Below are positions 23,383-35,305 of a DNA stretch of 64,000 nucleotides, piece after piece. The position numbers were made by a program, and so were the translations under genes. The DNA is taken from contig NC_090412.1 of the NCBI RefSeq assembly GCF_036365525.1, positions 7,544,123 through 7,608,122 of the forward strand. The letters run 5' to 3'. The DNA comes from Heterodontus francisci. Taxonomy: Eukaryota. Each line of letters begins with the position of its first letter. Within the stretch, counting starts at the first letter, position 1. The notes under the pieces are model-generated. The model saw only the letters and a program-made list of their open reading frames with translations. It was not told where the DNA came from and searched no databases.

Positions 23383-25640
23383 CTATGACAGACAAAGAGA
23401 AATGCAGACTGGTTTCAATCTCATAATGAAGAGCTGGAACCTGTCATAGCCGCTAAGCGCATTGCACTTTTGAACTACAAGAAAGCCCCCAGCGATTTAA
23501 CATCCGCAGCACTTAAAGCAGCCAGAAGTACTGCACAAAGAACAGCTAGGCGTTGCGCAAACGACTACTGGCAACACCTATGCAGTCATATTCAGCTGGC
23601 CTCAGACACCGGAAACATCAGAGGAATGTATGATGGCATGAAGAGAGCTCTTGGGCCAACCATCAAGAAGATCACCCCCCTCAAATCTAAATCGGGGGAC
23701 ATAATCACTGACCAACGCAAACAGATGGACCGCTGGGTTGAGCACTACCTAGAACTGTACTCCAGGGAGAATGCTGTCACTGAGACTGCCCTCAATGCAG
23801 CCCAGCCTCTACCAGTCATGGATGAGCTGGACATACAGCCAACCAAATCGGAACTCAGTGATGCCATTGATTCCCTAGCCAGCGGAAAAGCCCCTGGGAA
23901 GGACAGCATTACCCCTGAAATAATCAAGAGTGCCAAGCCTGCTATACTCTCAGCACTACATGAACTGCTATGCCTGTGCTGGGACGAGGGAGCAGTACCC
24001 CAGGACATGCGCGATGCCAACATCATCACCCTCTATAAAAACAAAGGTGACCGCGGTGACTGCAACAACTACCGTGGAATCTCCCTGCTCAGCATAGTGG
24101 GGAAAGTCTTTGCTCGAGTCGCTCTGAACAGGCTCCAGAAGCTGGCCGAGCGCGTCTACCCTGAGGCACAGTGTGGCTTTCGTGCAGAGAGATCGACTAT
24201 TGACATGCTGTTCTCCCTTCGTCAGATACAGGAGAAATGCCGTGAACAGCAGATGCCCCTCTACATTGCTTTCATTGATCTCACCAAAGCCTTTGACCTC
24301 GTCAGCAGACGTGGTCTCTTCAGACTACTAGAAAAGATCGGATGTCCACCAAAGCTACTAAGTATCATCACCTCATTCCATGACAATATGAAAGGCACAA
24401 TTCAACATGGTGGCTCCTCATCAGAGCCCTTTCCTATCCTGAGTGGTGTGAAACAGGGCTGTGTTCTCGCACCCACACTTTTTGGGATTTTCTTCTCCCT
24501 GCTGCTTTCACATGCGTTCAAATCCTCTGAAGAAGGAATTTTCCTCCACACAAGATCAGGGGGCAGGTTGTTCAACCTTGCCCGTCTAAGAGCGAAGTCC
24601 AAAGTACGGAAAGTCCTCATCAGAGAACTCCTCTTTGCTGACGATGCTGCTTTAACATCTCACACTGAAGAATGCCTGCAGAGTCTCATCGACAGGTTTG
24701 CGTCTGCCTGCAATGAATTTGGCCTAACCATCAGCCTCAAGAAAACGAACATCATGGGGCAGGATGTCAGAAACGCTCCATCCATCAATATTGGCGACCA
24801 CGCTCTGGAAGTGGTTCAAGAGTTCACCTACCTAGGCTCAACTATCACCAGTAACCTGTCTCTAGATGCAGAAATCAACAAGCGCATGGGTAAGGCTTCC
24901 ACTGCTATGTTCAGACTGGCCAAGAGAGTGTGGGAAAATGGCGCACTGACACGGAACACAAAAGTCCGAGTGTATCAGGCCTGTGTCCTCAGTACCTTGC
25001 TCTACGGCAGCGAGGCCTGGACAACGTATGCCAGCCAAGAGCGACGTCTCAATTCATTCCATCTTCGCTGCCTTCGGAGAATACTTGGCATCAGGTGGCA
25101 GGACTATATCTCCAACACAGAAGTCCTTGAAGCGGCCAACATCCCCAGCTTATACACACTACTGAGTCAGCGGCGCTTGAGATGGCTTGGCCATGTGAGC
25201 CGCATGGAAGATGGCAGGATCCCCAAAGACACATTGTACAGCGAGCTCGCCACTGGTATCAGACCCACCGGCCGTCCATGTCTCCGTTATAAAGACGTCT
25301 GCAAACGCGACATGAAATCGTGTGACATTGATCACAAGTCGTGGGAGTCAGTTGCCAGTATTCGCCAGAGCTGGCGGGCAGCCATAAAGACAGGGCTAAA
25401 TTGTGGCGAGTCGAAGAGACTTAGTAGTTGGCAGGAAAAAAGACAGAGGCGCAAGGGGAGAGCCAACTGTGCAACAGCCCCAACAAACAAATTTCCCTGC
25501 AGCACCTGTGGAAGAGCCTGTCACTCCAGAATTGGCCTTTATAGCCACTCCAGGCGCTGCTTCACAAACCACTGACCACCTCCAGGCGCGTATCCATTGT
25601 CTCTCGAGATAAGGAGGCCCAAAAGAAAAAGAAAGAAAGA
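23383..25640 (+). mobile_element. RTE-clade (BovB-like) non-LTR retrotransposon, 5'-truncated, with uninterrupted RT ORF
   Basis: ORF 23470-25575 (701 aa; frame open from ~23389) has GKAPGKD, NYRGISLLS, EAQCGFR, FIDLTKAFD, GVKQGCVLAP, RELLFADD, FTYLGS and a C-terminal C2H2 finger CSTC..HSRRC. (GAAA)n tail. Perfect TSD AGTATAAAATGG at 23371-23382 and 25641-25652. Confidence 0.96.
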
Positions 25641-25966
25641 AGTATAAAATGGGTGGTTGATGGTCGGCACAGACTCAGTGGGCCGAAGGGCCTGTTTCCG
25701 TGCTGTATCTCTAAATAAAATAAATAAATAGATAAAAATAAATAAATAACAAGCATTTAGAAAATCAACCCTTGTGAGAGATGCTGTTTGGAAACTACAG
25801 ATAGCAATTCAACCAATTTCTGGATTCATCAACACAAATTATCAAGCTTCATTCTTGTGGTTTGCCAAAGTAACAACAGTGACTACACTTCAAAAATTTT
25901 TGGCTGTAAAACACTTTGGGAAGTCTTGAGGATGTGAAAGACGTTGTATAATTCATTTCTCTTTCA

Positions 25967-26205
25967 TTGCAATGTCACCTCAAACTCTACGTCAGACTTT
26001 TCTGTGCGGAGGACCTCCTGCGAATATTGACACACTCCTAGGCATCCCCGACAAATACTAACACATTTCTATAGACCCCTTAGAAATATATTCCAGGGAA
26101 CCCTTGCAACTATTGATATATTCTTGGGCACTAACTGCGTATATACCCCCTACAAATATGACACACTCCCAGGGATCGCCTGCAAATATTGACAGAGTCT
26201 TGGGG
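25967..26205 (-). repeat. Right arm of ~240-bp inverted repeat
   Basis: Reverse complement of 22608-22848. Confidence 0.9.
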
Positions 26206-26271
26206 AGTCCTGTAAATAATAATATAATTTACAGCTGGCTAAGGCTTGATGGCTCAAATAGCCTAATCGCG

Positions 26272-26672
26272 TTACATAAGAATATAAGAAATAGGAGCAG
26301 GCGTAGGCCATTCAGCCCTTCAGGCCTGCTCCGCCATTCAATGAGATCATGGCTGATCTTCTACTTCAACACCATTTTCCTGCACTATCCCAGTATTCCT
26401 TTAATTTGTAGAAATCTATGGACCTCAGTCTTGAACATATGCAACGACTGAGTCTCCACAGCCCTCTGGGGTAGAGAATTCCAAAGATTCACCACCATCT
26501 GAGTGAAGGAATTCCTCCTCATCTCAGTCCTAAAATGGCCTTCCCCTTATTCTGAGACTGTGTCTCCTGGTTCTAGGCTCCCCAGCCAGGAGAAACATCC
26601 TTCCTGCATCTACCCTGTCGAGCCCTGTAAGAATTTTGTATGTTTGAATGAGATCACCTCTCATTCTTCTTC
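26272..26672 (-). mobile_element. CR1 LINE 3' fragment
   Basis: Minus ORF 26530-26820 contains RRMRGDLIQTYKILTGLDRVDAGRMF..RTRRHSLRIRGRPF. Tail appears as ACATAAGAATATAAGAAATAGGAGCAGG on the plus strand. Confidence 0.85.
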
Positions 26673-27589
26673 TCAGCTCCAGAGAATAAAGGTTAACAAC
26701 AGCTAACATTCCTATAGTGCTCCTCCTATATATCTCAGAGCACTTTACAGGCTGTGGATATAAAGAGACAATACTAAGCATGAGGAAGAAAAGGAAGAGA
26801 GACTTATAATGTAGTAACATGTTTAGTAAATCACTGGCATTCCATTTGGCCGTGGTTTAATCCAGTTGCCTCGGTTGCACAATCATTATTGGAATTTCAG
26901 TCTTTACTTTTGGTGTAGTGTTGATTTTCAGTCCCCAAATTCAATAACTACTGTACTACAAATAATATTACAGCAATCTAGAGGTAGGACAAAATACCAA
27001 TACCAATACAAATTATACTTGACTTCAATGCACTTATCAAAAAATCTTGACTCCAACAGTATTAGGAATATAAACACTTCACTGGGAAACGTTTTAGAGT
27101 CCAGTTCAGCATTTCATCCCTTATGATCAACACTATTTGCCGTTTGTGACTCATAATAAATAACAATATTAGCACAATCCTTCACTTTTCTATTAACTCA
27201 ACTAGCAAGTGTTAGGAAGAGTCGAACATAAATAATAAATACAGAAAACTATCATGGATCTCCCAGCTGCTGCAAGTCATTTGTAGCCACTGAAGCATTC
27301 ACATGAACTCTGTCAATATTTTAAGTCCTTTTTTCAATTGCTACGCCACTTACAGTAACTGCTAACCTTCTTAATATATTGTTTTCATTTCATCCCCTTG
27401 TTACCCTATGGTACCATGAGCTCTGTACTCCAGAAAACTTTTGCAACTTCAGTAATAACAGGGCTGTATCCAGGGTCCATCGTTCTGCAAGGCAAATGTG
27501 GCAGTCTACAGTTTTTTATTGTTACACTTTATTATTAAAGTTATTCTTTTGCTATGGGTGTTGCTGGCAAGGCCAGCATTTATTATGGT

Positions 27590-28140
27590 GTCAGTCATGA
27601 CAGCACTCTTACCCTTTAAGTCTAAAAGTTAAAACCCTACTCAAGAGACTCGAGCACAAAATCTAGGCTAACACTCCAGTGCAGTATTGAGGGAGTGCTG
27701 CACTGTTGGAGGTGACACCTTTTGGATGAGATGTTAAATTGAGGCCCTGTTTCGCGTCCCCCCCCCCACCTCCAACCCCCCCAACATCTTGGCCAACACC
27801 TAAAATAGATCATCTGATCATTAATTATCGATGCTGCCTTTAAGCTACGCAGCCGAGCAGCAATCCAGAACGTACTGTGCAGGCAACAAATAGGCCATGC
27901 ACAACCAATGTTCCTTTTTAGGTGCACAGATGCACAACAACCTTAAAGGGACCGCACAGTGCAACAAACAGGCTGCGCACAACAACGAAAAATTAGAGGG
28001 AACATTGGTCATTATCACATTGCTCTTTGTCGGAGCTTGCTATGCACAAATCAGTTGCTGTATTTCCTAAAGTACAAAGTGATTACACTGCAAAAATACT
28101 TCTTTGGCTGTAAAGTCTTCTGAGGTTGTGACAGGTGCAA
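27590..28140 (+). mobile_element. DeuSINE-like SINE interrupted by a small hAT-like MITE (~27829-28007)
   Basis: SINE head and core (AAATCTAGGCTAACACTCCAGTGCAGTATTGAGGGAGTGCTGCACTG). The insert is bounded by CAATGTTCC-like and TTAGAGGGAACATTG termini. Confidence 0.6.
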
Positions 28141-29174
28141 GTTCTTCTTATCCTTCTCCCCACTGAAGCTATCAACTCAAATCCCATTTTCCTGCTCTTT
28201 TCACATGGTCTTTAATGTTTTTCTTTTTCATTTGTTTATATATTTCCCTCTTAAGTGCTATGATTGGGTCAGCTTCAATAGTCACCTTTGGGAATGCATT
28301 CCACATACTGAAAAGCTTCTTCTAAACTCCCCCATTATTTCTTCTATATACTAGCCCCAATTTACACCTCTTTGTTATCAATTCACCAATCAACAATCTT
28401 TCACTATTTACACTGTCAATGGCTTTCTGAATTTGGAACACCAGTTTGATTCTTCCTAAGTGTTTTCTGCTTGTGAATGTAGCCCCTTTAAAAGAAAATC
28501 TCACATTGTAACTATATTTTCTCTTCCATGGTAACATCCTCATACACCTTTCCCATGGCTCTAATGTTCTTTTTATAATGGAGTGCCTGAAGTATGCAAC
28601 ACAGTGTGGCTATTGAGCTAATGTCAGTAATTTCAGGCGATATCTTGTTTATACTATTCATCCCATACTTAAATTCTGCTGTAACCACATCTCCTCTGGA
28701 CTCATCTTTTATTTCTATACCTGTCTCATTATCACCTTCATTTTCCTTACAATATCATAATTTGTGTCATTTAATCACTCCTGCCCTGCACCCTATCACA
28801 CACCTCTCTCTTTTGTTTTTCTCTTGACCCCTTTTCCCAGGTCCCATAATTGCTTAAAAAATATTAATCTCTTAACGGCCTCCAGTTCTGATGAAATGCT
28901 GTTTTTCAGAACTTCATGTTTACACTTCAATGTCGAGCTGTGCTCCTGTCCATTAATGATTAGATGTAGAGTGTGGAAGAGAATGGAACAGCCTCAATAC
29001 AAAGCTCTAAGTAAGCTTAAAAAGTTCAAGTGGGGGAACACCTGATCAGTTTTGAAACTTGGTTTGATACTGCACTATTGTTACACAGACTCTTCAATAA
29101 ATCTAGTACTGCTCTCTTCTGGAATCAGGCCAGCTTCTGGAGTTACACCAGCTTTAGAAACCACTGCGCAGCAA

Positions 29175-29520
29175 TAAGAACATAAGAAATAGGAGCAGGA
29201 ATAGGCTATACAGCCTCTCGAGCCTGCACTGCCATTTAACAAGATTATAGATGATCCTCGATTTCAACTTCATTTTCCTGCCCAATGTCCATATTCCTTG
29301 ATTCCCTTAGTGTCTAAAAATCTATCAAACTCCATCTTAAATAAACTTAATGATCCAAAGCAGTCTGGCATAGAGAATTCCAAAAATTTACAATTTCCTG
29401 AGTGAAGAAATTTCTCCTCATCTCATTTCTAAATGACTGACCTCCCTATTTCGAGACGATGACATTCAGTACTAGAGTGTCCAGCCAAGGGAAACATCGA
29501 GCCTGTCAAGCCCTCAATGC
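29175..29520 (-). mobile_element. CR1 LINE 3' fragment
   Basis: ATAAGAACATAAGAAATAGGAGCAGG tail and a body similar to 26272-26672. Confidence 0.75.
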
Positions 29521-30100
29521 TAAAATTACAGCCTAAACCCACTGTCTCTGTGGCCTGACCAATACCATGTTCTCCCAAGGAAATTAAGGAAGTCCTGGAA
29601 ATGCAAAATAGACTACCAGTATCTGATAAAGAGCAAGAACATGCATATATTTATAATACCTTTCACAACCATATGATCTCTCAAAGTGCTTCACATCCAA
29701 TGAAGTACTTTTGAAGTGTAGTCACTGTTGTAGTGTAGGAAGTACCTAGAACAGGCTAAGAGAATAGGCAAATTAAAGCAAATTAAATTACATCTGAAGT
29801 TGTGAAATGCAATTCCTTGCCTTTCCTTTTAACATGCCTTTATGTTCAGGCCATACCCAAAAGGTTAACCAGTATTGTCTTAATTGCTGTGTACTTTCAG
29901 CATTTTCTGTTTTTATTTCAGAATTCCAAGGGTCTTTTTGTTCTTATTGAAATGCAGGAGAGTTTTCAGTATCCTGTAGATCATTGACTGCTGTGGGAAT
30001 AAAGGTCTGAGCACATAGCTCAGGCTACCTTTGCTCTGCTGCTCCACTTTAAATGGTTTTGTAGTTAATTTTTAATTTGACTCCAGTTGGATTCCCCAGG

Positions 30101-33100
30101 ATGGCAGCGGAGGTGTCTGTGCAACATGTTGGCCGCAGGTGGCTCCTCTGTAACTGCTGTCTGTCAGCCTCCTGGGCTCTCTACACGCTCTGCTCCGGGT
30201 TCTCCGAGTTCTTCAACAGCATGTTCATCAACCAGTACCGCTTCAACTTCCCTGCCTTCATTGCCCTCTGCCAGGTAAGGAAAGCCTGGGAGATGTAGTC
30301 TTCTCTATTGTAGGTGCATCCATTATCAGGGCTACAATTCTGCTTTTACCACCGACAAAAACTAGTGTTTTAGGGATTGACTCCCCCAAATGTGATATAG
30401 AGAATCATAGAATGACATAGCACTAAAGAGGGCCATTCTGCCCGTCATATCCGTGCTTTTTGATAGAGCTATTTAATGAATTTGTCTTACCCCATAGCCC
30501 AGTATTTTTTTTCTCTTCAGGTATTTATAATGGGGCTTCTATTGATTTAAATCAGGGTCACTGGTTGATGGTGATTGAATATTTTATTTGTTATTATTAC
30601 AAGGGTTTGTGGAAGTTTTACTGGTGTTTCAAGGGGTCACAGGTACTTGCTGTCCTTGGAAGTTTTTTCCATTGTCTCATTGAAGAATTTCCCTACATAT
30701 GCCCTGGAATTGTAACACAGTGGTTAGCACTGCAGCCTCATAGCTTTAGTGACCCAGGTTCAATTCTGGTTACTACCTGTGCGGAGTTTGCAAGTTCTCC
30801 CTGTAACTGCATGTGTTTCCTCCGGGTGCTCCAGTTTCCTCCCACAGCCAAAGACTTGCAGGTTGATAGGTAAATTGGCCATTATAAATTGCCTCTAGTA
30901 TAGGTAGGTCATAGGGGAATTGAGGGAAGGTGGGGATGTGGTAGGAATATGGGATTAATATAGGATTAGTATAAATGGGTGGTTGATGGTTGGCACAGAC
31001 TTGGTGGGCTGAAGGGCCTGTTTCAGTGCTGTATCTCTAAATAAACTAAAATTGGTTGTATGTTTTTTTTATATCAATATTAGTAGATTTCTTTTTATTC
31101 ATTCATGGGATGAATGGCCTTGGGAAGGTGATGGTGAGCCGCCTTCTTGAAATGCTGCAGTCCATGTGGTGAAGGCACTCTGGGACAGTGGTGCATGGGG
31201 TTGCTCTGTCCAGTGAATGGGGTGAGCAGAGATAGGCCTTATGTTTGCATATCAATTCTTTAAGTGTTGCTGTATAATGCTTGGTATGTACTGCCAACTC
31301 TCACTTACTTCCAGTGGCGAGCAATTTTTGCGTTACAGGAAAAAAACTAAACGTCATTTTACACCAAAAAATAATTCGGGGGATTAGTGGCACTTTAGCT
31401 GGCTCCAGTACAAACTTTGCAGGAGAGTTTTGATGAGTGGCTCTGCTGTTAACCAGTTTGCTTACAGCATTGTGCTTTGAACTCCACTCCAGGAATTAAG
31501 GCTTCATGAAGTGGGTAGACACTCCTGTGCAGTAATGGGTTACACTGTCAACAGTTAAAATTAGTGCCTGTATGCCTTTCAAGGAGCAATCAAAGATCCC
31601 ATGGCACTATTTGAATAGTAGATAGCCTCCTAGTGTCCTAGCCAACACTCTTCCCTCAACCAACAGTAAGAAAAGCAGATTAGCTGGTGATTCATCTCAC
31701 TGTTATTTGTGGGATCTTGCTCTGCAAATAAAGCTGCATAATGTACTTAACAGTCTTTGTATTTTGTATGCAAAGTCCTTTGAGATATTCTGAGAGACTT
31801 GACAGGGTGCTATATAAATACAAGTTTTCCAATATGATGTTTCACTTTGTTATCTTTTATTAGACACTGCTGGCCATTATACTACTGCAGTTATTGAGGA
31901 AAGCCAGACTGTTGAAGATCCAGCCCTATTTACTAGAGAGTGGAGAGCTTTTCCTGCTCCCATCCATTTGTTTCAGTTTTCATTCAGTTCTAACCCTGTG
32001 GGCTGTGACCAGCTCCAACTCTACATTTTTCACATTCGTCAAACGGTTTACACCCCTGGTCAGCTTGGCACTGATGAGAACATTCAAGTTGAAAAAAAGA
32101 ACCTCCTCCAGCAGTGCTTTCTTGGTGCTGCTGGTCACTTTGTGCTCAATTCTTGCAGGTAAGATGTGATGAAGAATAAACAATCATACTTCTGGCATAT
32201 CTTCCATACATCACTGCGCTTCAAAGTAATTCATTCTATGTTAAGCTTTTGTTATATAAATGTGATATAAACCTATGTATATAAATACAAGTCTGTAGTT
32301 TCAAACTCTACTGCCTACCTTAATCTACATCCTAGCTCTGCACCATCTTCTAGCTGTATGTCCCACTTGTACCTTTGACTCAGCTACCTTCCCATTCTCC
32401 CTCTGTTTCATCCTCTGTGGCAAAACTATCAGCCTTTGTGCTGCTGCATGTTGGAATGTCCTTCCATAACACCAGTACCTTGTTCTTTGTTCTTTATAAC
32501 ACCAGTACCTTGCTACACCTCTCCCCCAAAGTTTCAAAGTCTGCACATAACACGCCTTTTTGATCAAGCCTTCATTCGTCTCTCCTCACTCTTGCTCTGA
32601 ATTATCTTAGGACGTTAAAAGCTCTTAGTATTGTTAAAAATAAAATAAAAACAGAAAACACTGGTAATTATACAGCACGTCCACTGCCATTTTGTAAGAG
32701 AGATGATAGGTTAACATTTAACTCTTCATGATGATCTGATATTGACCTCTCTTCCCTGTCCTGTATAGGTTCAGTAACCAAAACTTAAACCTGATTTTTC
32801 CTTTTACAAATGTCAACCAGAATTTGCAGTTCTTTTTTTTAATCTTTGTTTAAAATTTCCCTCAGACAGAAAGTCACCTCTTCCCAACTCTAGTCATGGT
32901 AGATCATAAACTATTGCCAATCATTAACCAGAGATTAGATTCCATTAGCTCTTGTTTATCCAGTTGAGGGCAATACAGAGGAAACATTTTGTCTTTTGCA
33001 GCAAGTGCCAAATATTCCCTTGTATCTCATACCAGTGATTTAAAGGGATAATGAACTCACTTTTAGTAAAATGCATAGCTAAACCAAATGTCACTAAAGG

Positions 33101-34657
33101 GTGAGCCACAGCAGCATCATTTTTCTTTCTCAAAAAAAATGTCCAAAATCAATCAATAAATGGTTGTTGGAGCATTAACTCTCACAGTGCCACCATGGTT
33201 TGTTAAAATTAGTTAATGTTGGTCCCTAAAATTATTTAATTTAGGTGAGAGGTGACTTGAATCAAACTACAGAACGAAGTCTGTTGCCAGGAAAAAGACT
33301 AAGAGATGTAGGTCTTCGGAATATTGAGAGGTGTTGATAATAGTGTAATTACGGATGAGACAGGTCATTCACCCCCTCCAGAATGACCCCACCCCGCCCT
33401 ACCTCACCTCATTCCTGCATCCAACTGAATGATTCCAAGGTTTTGCTTTTGTCCAAGAGCCCATTCTGTGTACTGATCACTGTGCAAAGAAGAATCTCCT
33501 CAGACCCAAATTTGTCTGCGTCCTCATATCTATTTGTGTAATTTTATCTTATTTTCTTTTTCCATTCTGTTATCTTGGGATACCTCCTGGAGGATCACGT
33601 CCTTTCAAAGCAAAAAAAGCCCAGGTTTCTTCACTTTTTCCTCATAAGTCAAACCTTTGATGCCAGGGATCCAAAGAAGACGGATCCTCTCTGCCATCCC
33701 CTTAGCAAATGAATGCGACCATAACTGGATACTGTACTTAAGATGTTGGTAGACCAGAGCACTGTGCAGTTTGATCATGACTTTGTCTGGCTTGTACTCC
33801 ACTGGTCAACATTTTATTGGCTTTGCTGACTGCTGCCCAACATTGGTTAGACATGATTAGCAATATGTCTAAGAATCCTAGGGTTCCTTTCAATTTCATC
33901 TGTAGCTATTTCAACACCATTCACAAAGTACATGTGTCATCCATTTCCCTTCCTATGTGCAGCACTTTCATTTCCCTTTATTAAATCTATCTATCATTGT
34001 TAGCATAACACAGAGCATATCTCCGAACTGCAGAATGTCATTGGCAGCTGCTCAATGGATGTCCTCTTGGGAAATGGATGCATTTTGAGGAATGTAATAG
34101 GATCGGGGAAAAGTAACCATTGTTAATGTTTTTATCCTGCCTTCTAAATGTAAACTGTTCTAATTTGTTTCTGCTTAGGGCTTCCCGACTTCAATGGCGA
34201 AGCTGTTGTGTATATATACGGACTGTTAAACGTCATGTTCAAGAGCACTTACCTCACTTTGATCCAGAAGATTTGTGAAGACCACAAAAGGTCAGTGGTC
34301 GATGTCTACTACATCTGCAACATTAACAGCTGTCCATTGCTGTTGGTGTACTGTCTTCTCCATCCAGATACTCCTCAGATCTTCCCTTCAGGCAGCTGGT
34401 CCAGTCTGATCTTTTGGGGGTTCTTTTCCTTGGTGCTGCTCCTGGGGTGTTTGCTGAACTTTCTTGTTTTCTTGTGCACCTTGATGAGCTCGGCATTGAC
34501 AATGAACATGATTGAGGTCGCAAAGACGGACATACTGACTCTGAGGAACACTGTGACACATGAGTGGATTTTCTCACTACCACTTCTCATCAGCCTTCTC
34601 ATCAGCGCCAGTGGAGTAGGCATCTATATGTTCAAAGATTCTAAAATACAAGAGTGA
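30101..34657 (+). CDS. SLC35D3-like nucleotide-sugar transporter (SLC35D/DMT family), 315 aa, 3 coding exons
   Basis: Exons 30101-30274, 31864-32158 and 34179-34657 total 948 nt, GT-AG, phases 0 and 1, no internal stops. Highly hydrophobic protein. Motifs INQYRFNF, VLTLWAV, FVKRFTPLVSL, AGLPDFNG..YLTLIQK and LLGCLLNF..CTLMSSALT align with recalled human SLC35D3 (ISRYQFSF, LTLWSL, VFKRCLPLVTM, AGAGDLTG..YLVLIQK, LIGCAMNF..CTYINSAVT). Confidence 0.88.
30713..31050 (+). mobile_element. V-SINE (HE1-like)
   Basis: Collinear with 40863-41205 and ends CTCTAAATAAACTAAA. Confidence 0.85.
33350..33990 (-). mobile_element. Old CR1 fragment
   Basis: Minus ORF 33605-33802 (KLHSALVYQHLKYSIQLWS..GLTYEEKVKKPGLF) is a degenerate CR1 ORF2 C-terminus. 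Confidence 0.65.
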
Positions 34658-34865
34658 GGAAAGAGGCAACGGGAATCCCCATCTGAAAACTGCTAGTATA
34701 TTCCAAGTATTGGAATTTAAGTCAGTGGATAATTTTCCTCCTTGCCTCACCTGAAGGTGTTGATTCATTGCTGGTGCCATGTCTACCACTCTCCAGTACC
34801 ATATCCAAATTACCAGTGCAAAGTATGAATCTCAATACGGAATGGTGGAAAGCTATTCAATTAAA

Positions 34866-35305
34866 GACCTGCATTTATATAGCAGCTTTCACAATCTCAG
34901 GACATACCAAAGTATTTTACAGCTATTAACATACTTTTTATGTTGTAATACAGGAAATGCAGCAACTAATTTATGCACAGCAAACTCCCATGAACAACCA
35001 TGTTGTAATGACCAGATTTGTTTTCAGTAATGTTGATTAAGGGATAAACTTTGGCCGAGACACCAGGGATAGTTCCCCTGCTCTTTGAAATAGTGCCACG
35101 GGATCTTTTACATCCACCTGATAGGGGAGACAAGGCCTTGGTTTAATGTCTCATCTGAAAGGCTGCACCTCCGACAGTGCAGCACTACCTTAGTATTGCA
35201 CTGAAGTCTCAGCCTAGATTTTAGTGCTCAAGTCTCTGGAGTGGAACTTGAACCCATAACCTGATTCAGAGGCCAGAATATTACCTACTGAGCCACAGTT
35301 GACCA
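34866..35305 (-). mobile_element. DeuSINE-like (SacSINE1-like) SINE, near full length
   Basis: On the minus strand: tRNA-like head (GTGGCTCAGTAGGTAA..GGTTCAAGTTCC), conserved core and an L2-like tail (..CTATATAAATGCA). Many partial copies occur in the window (~15358, 20850, 21820, 31500, 37080). Confidence 0.75.

Noticed and set aside
23470-25575. 701-aa RT ORF as a domesticated host gene or retron-like system
   Set aside because: The TSD, microsatellite tail, 5' truncation and insertion within a SINE show it is an ordinary recent RTE copy.
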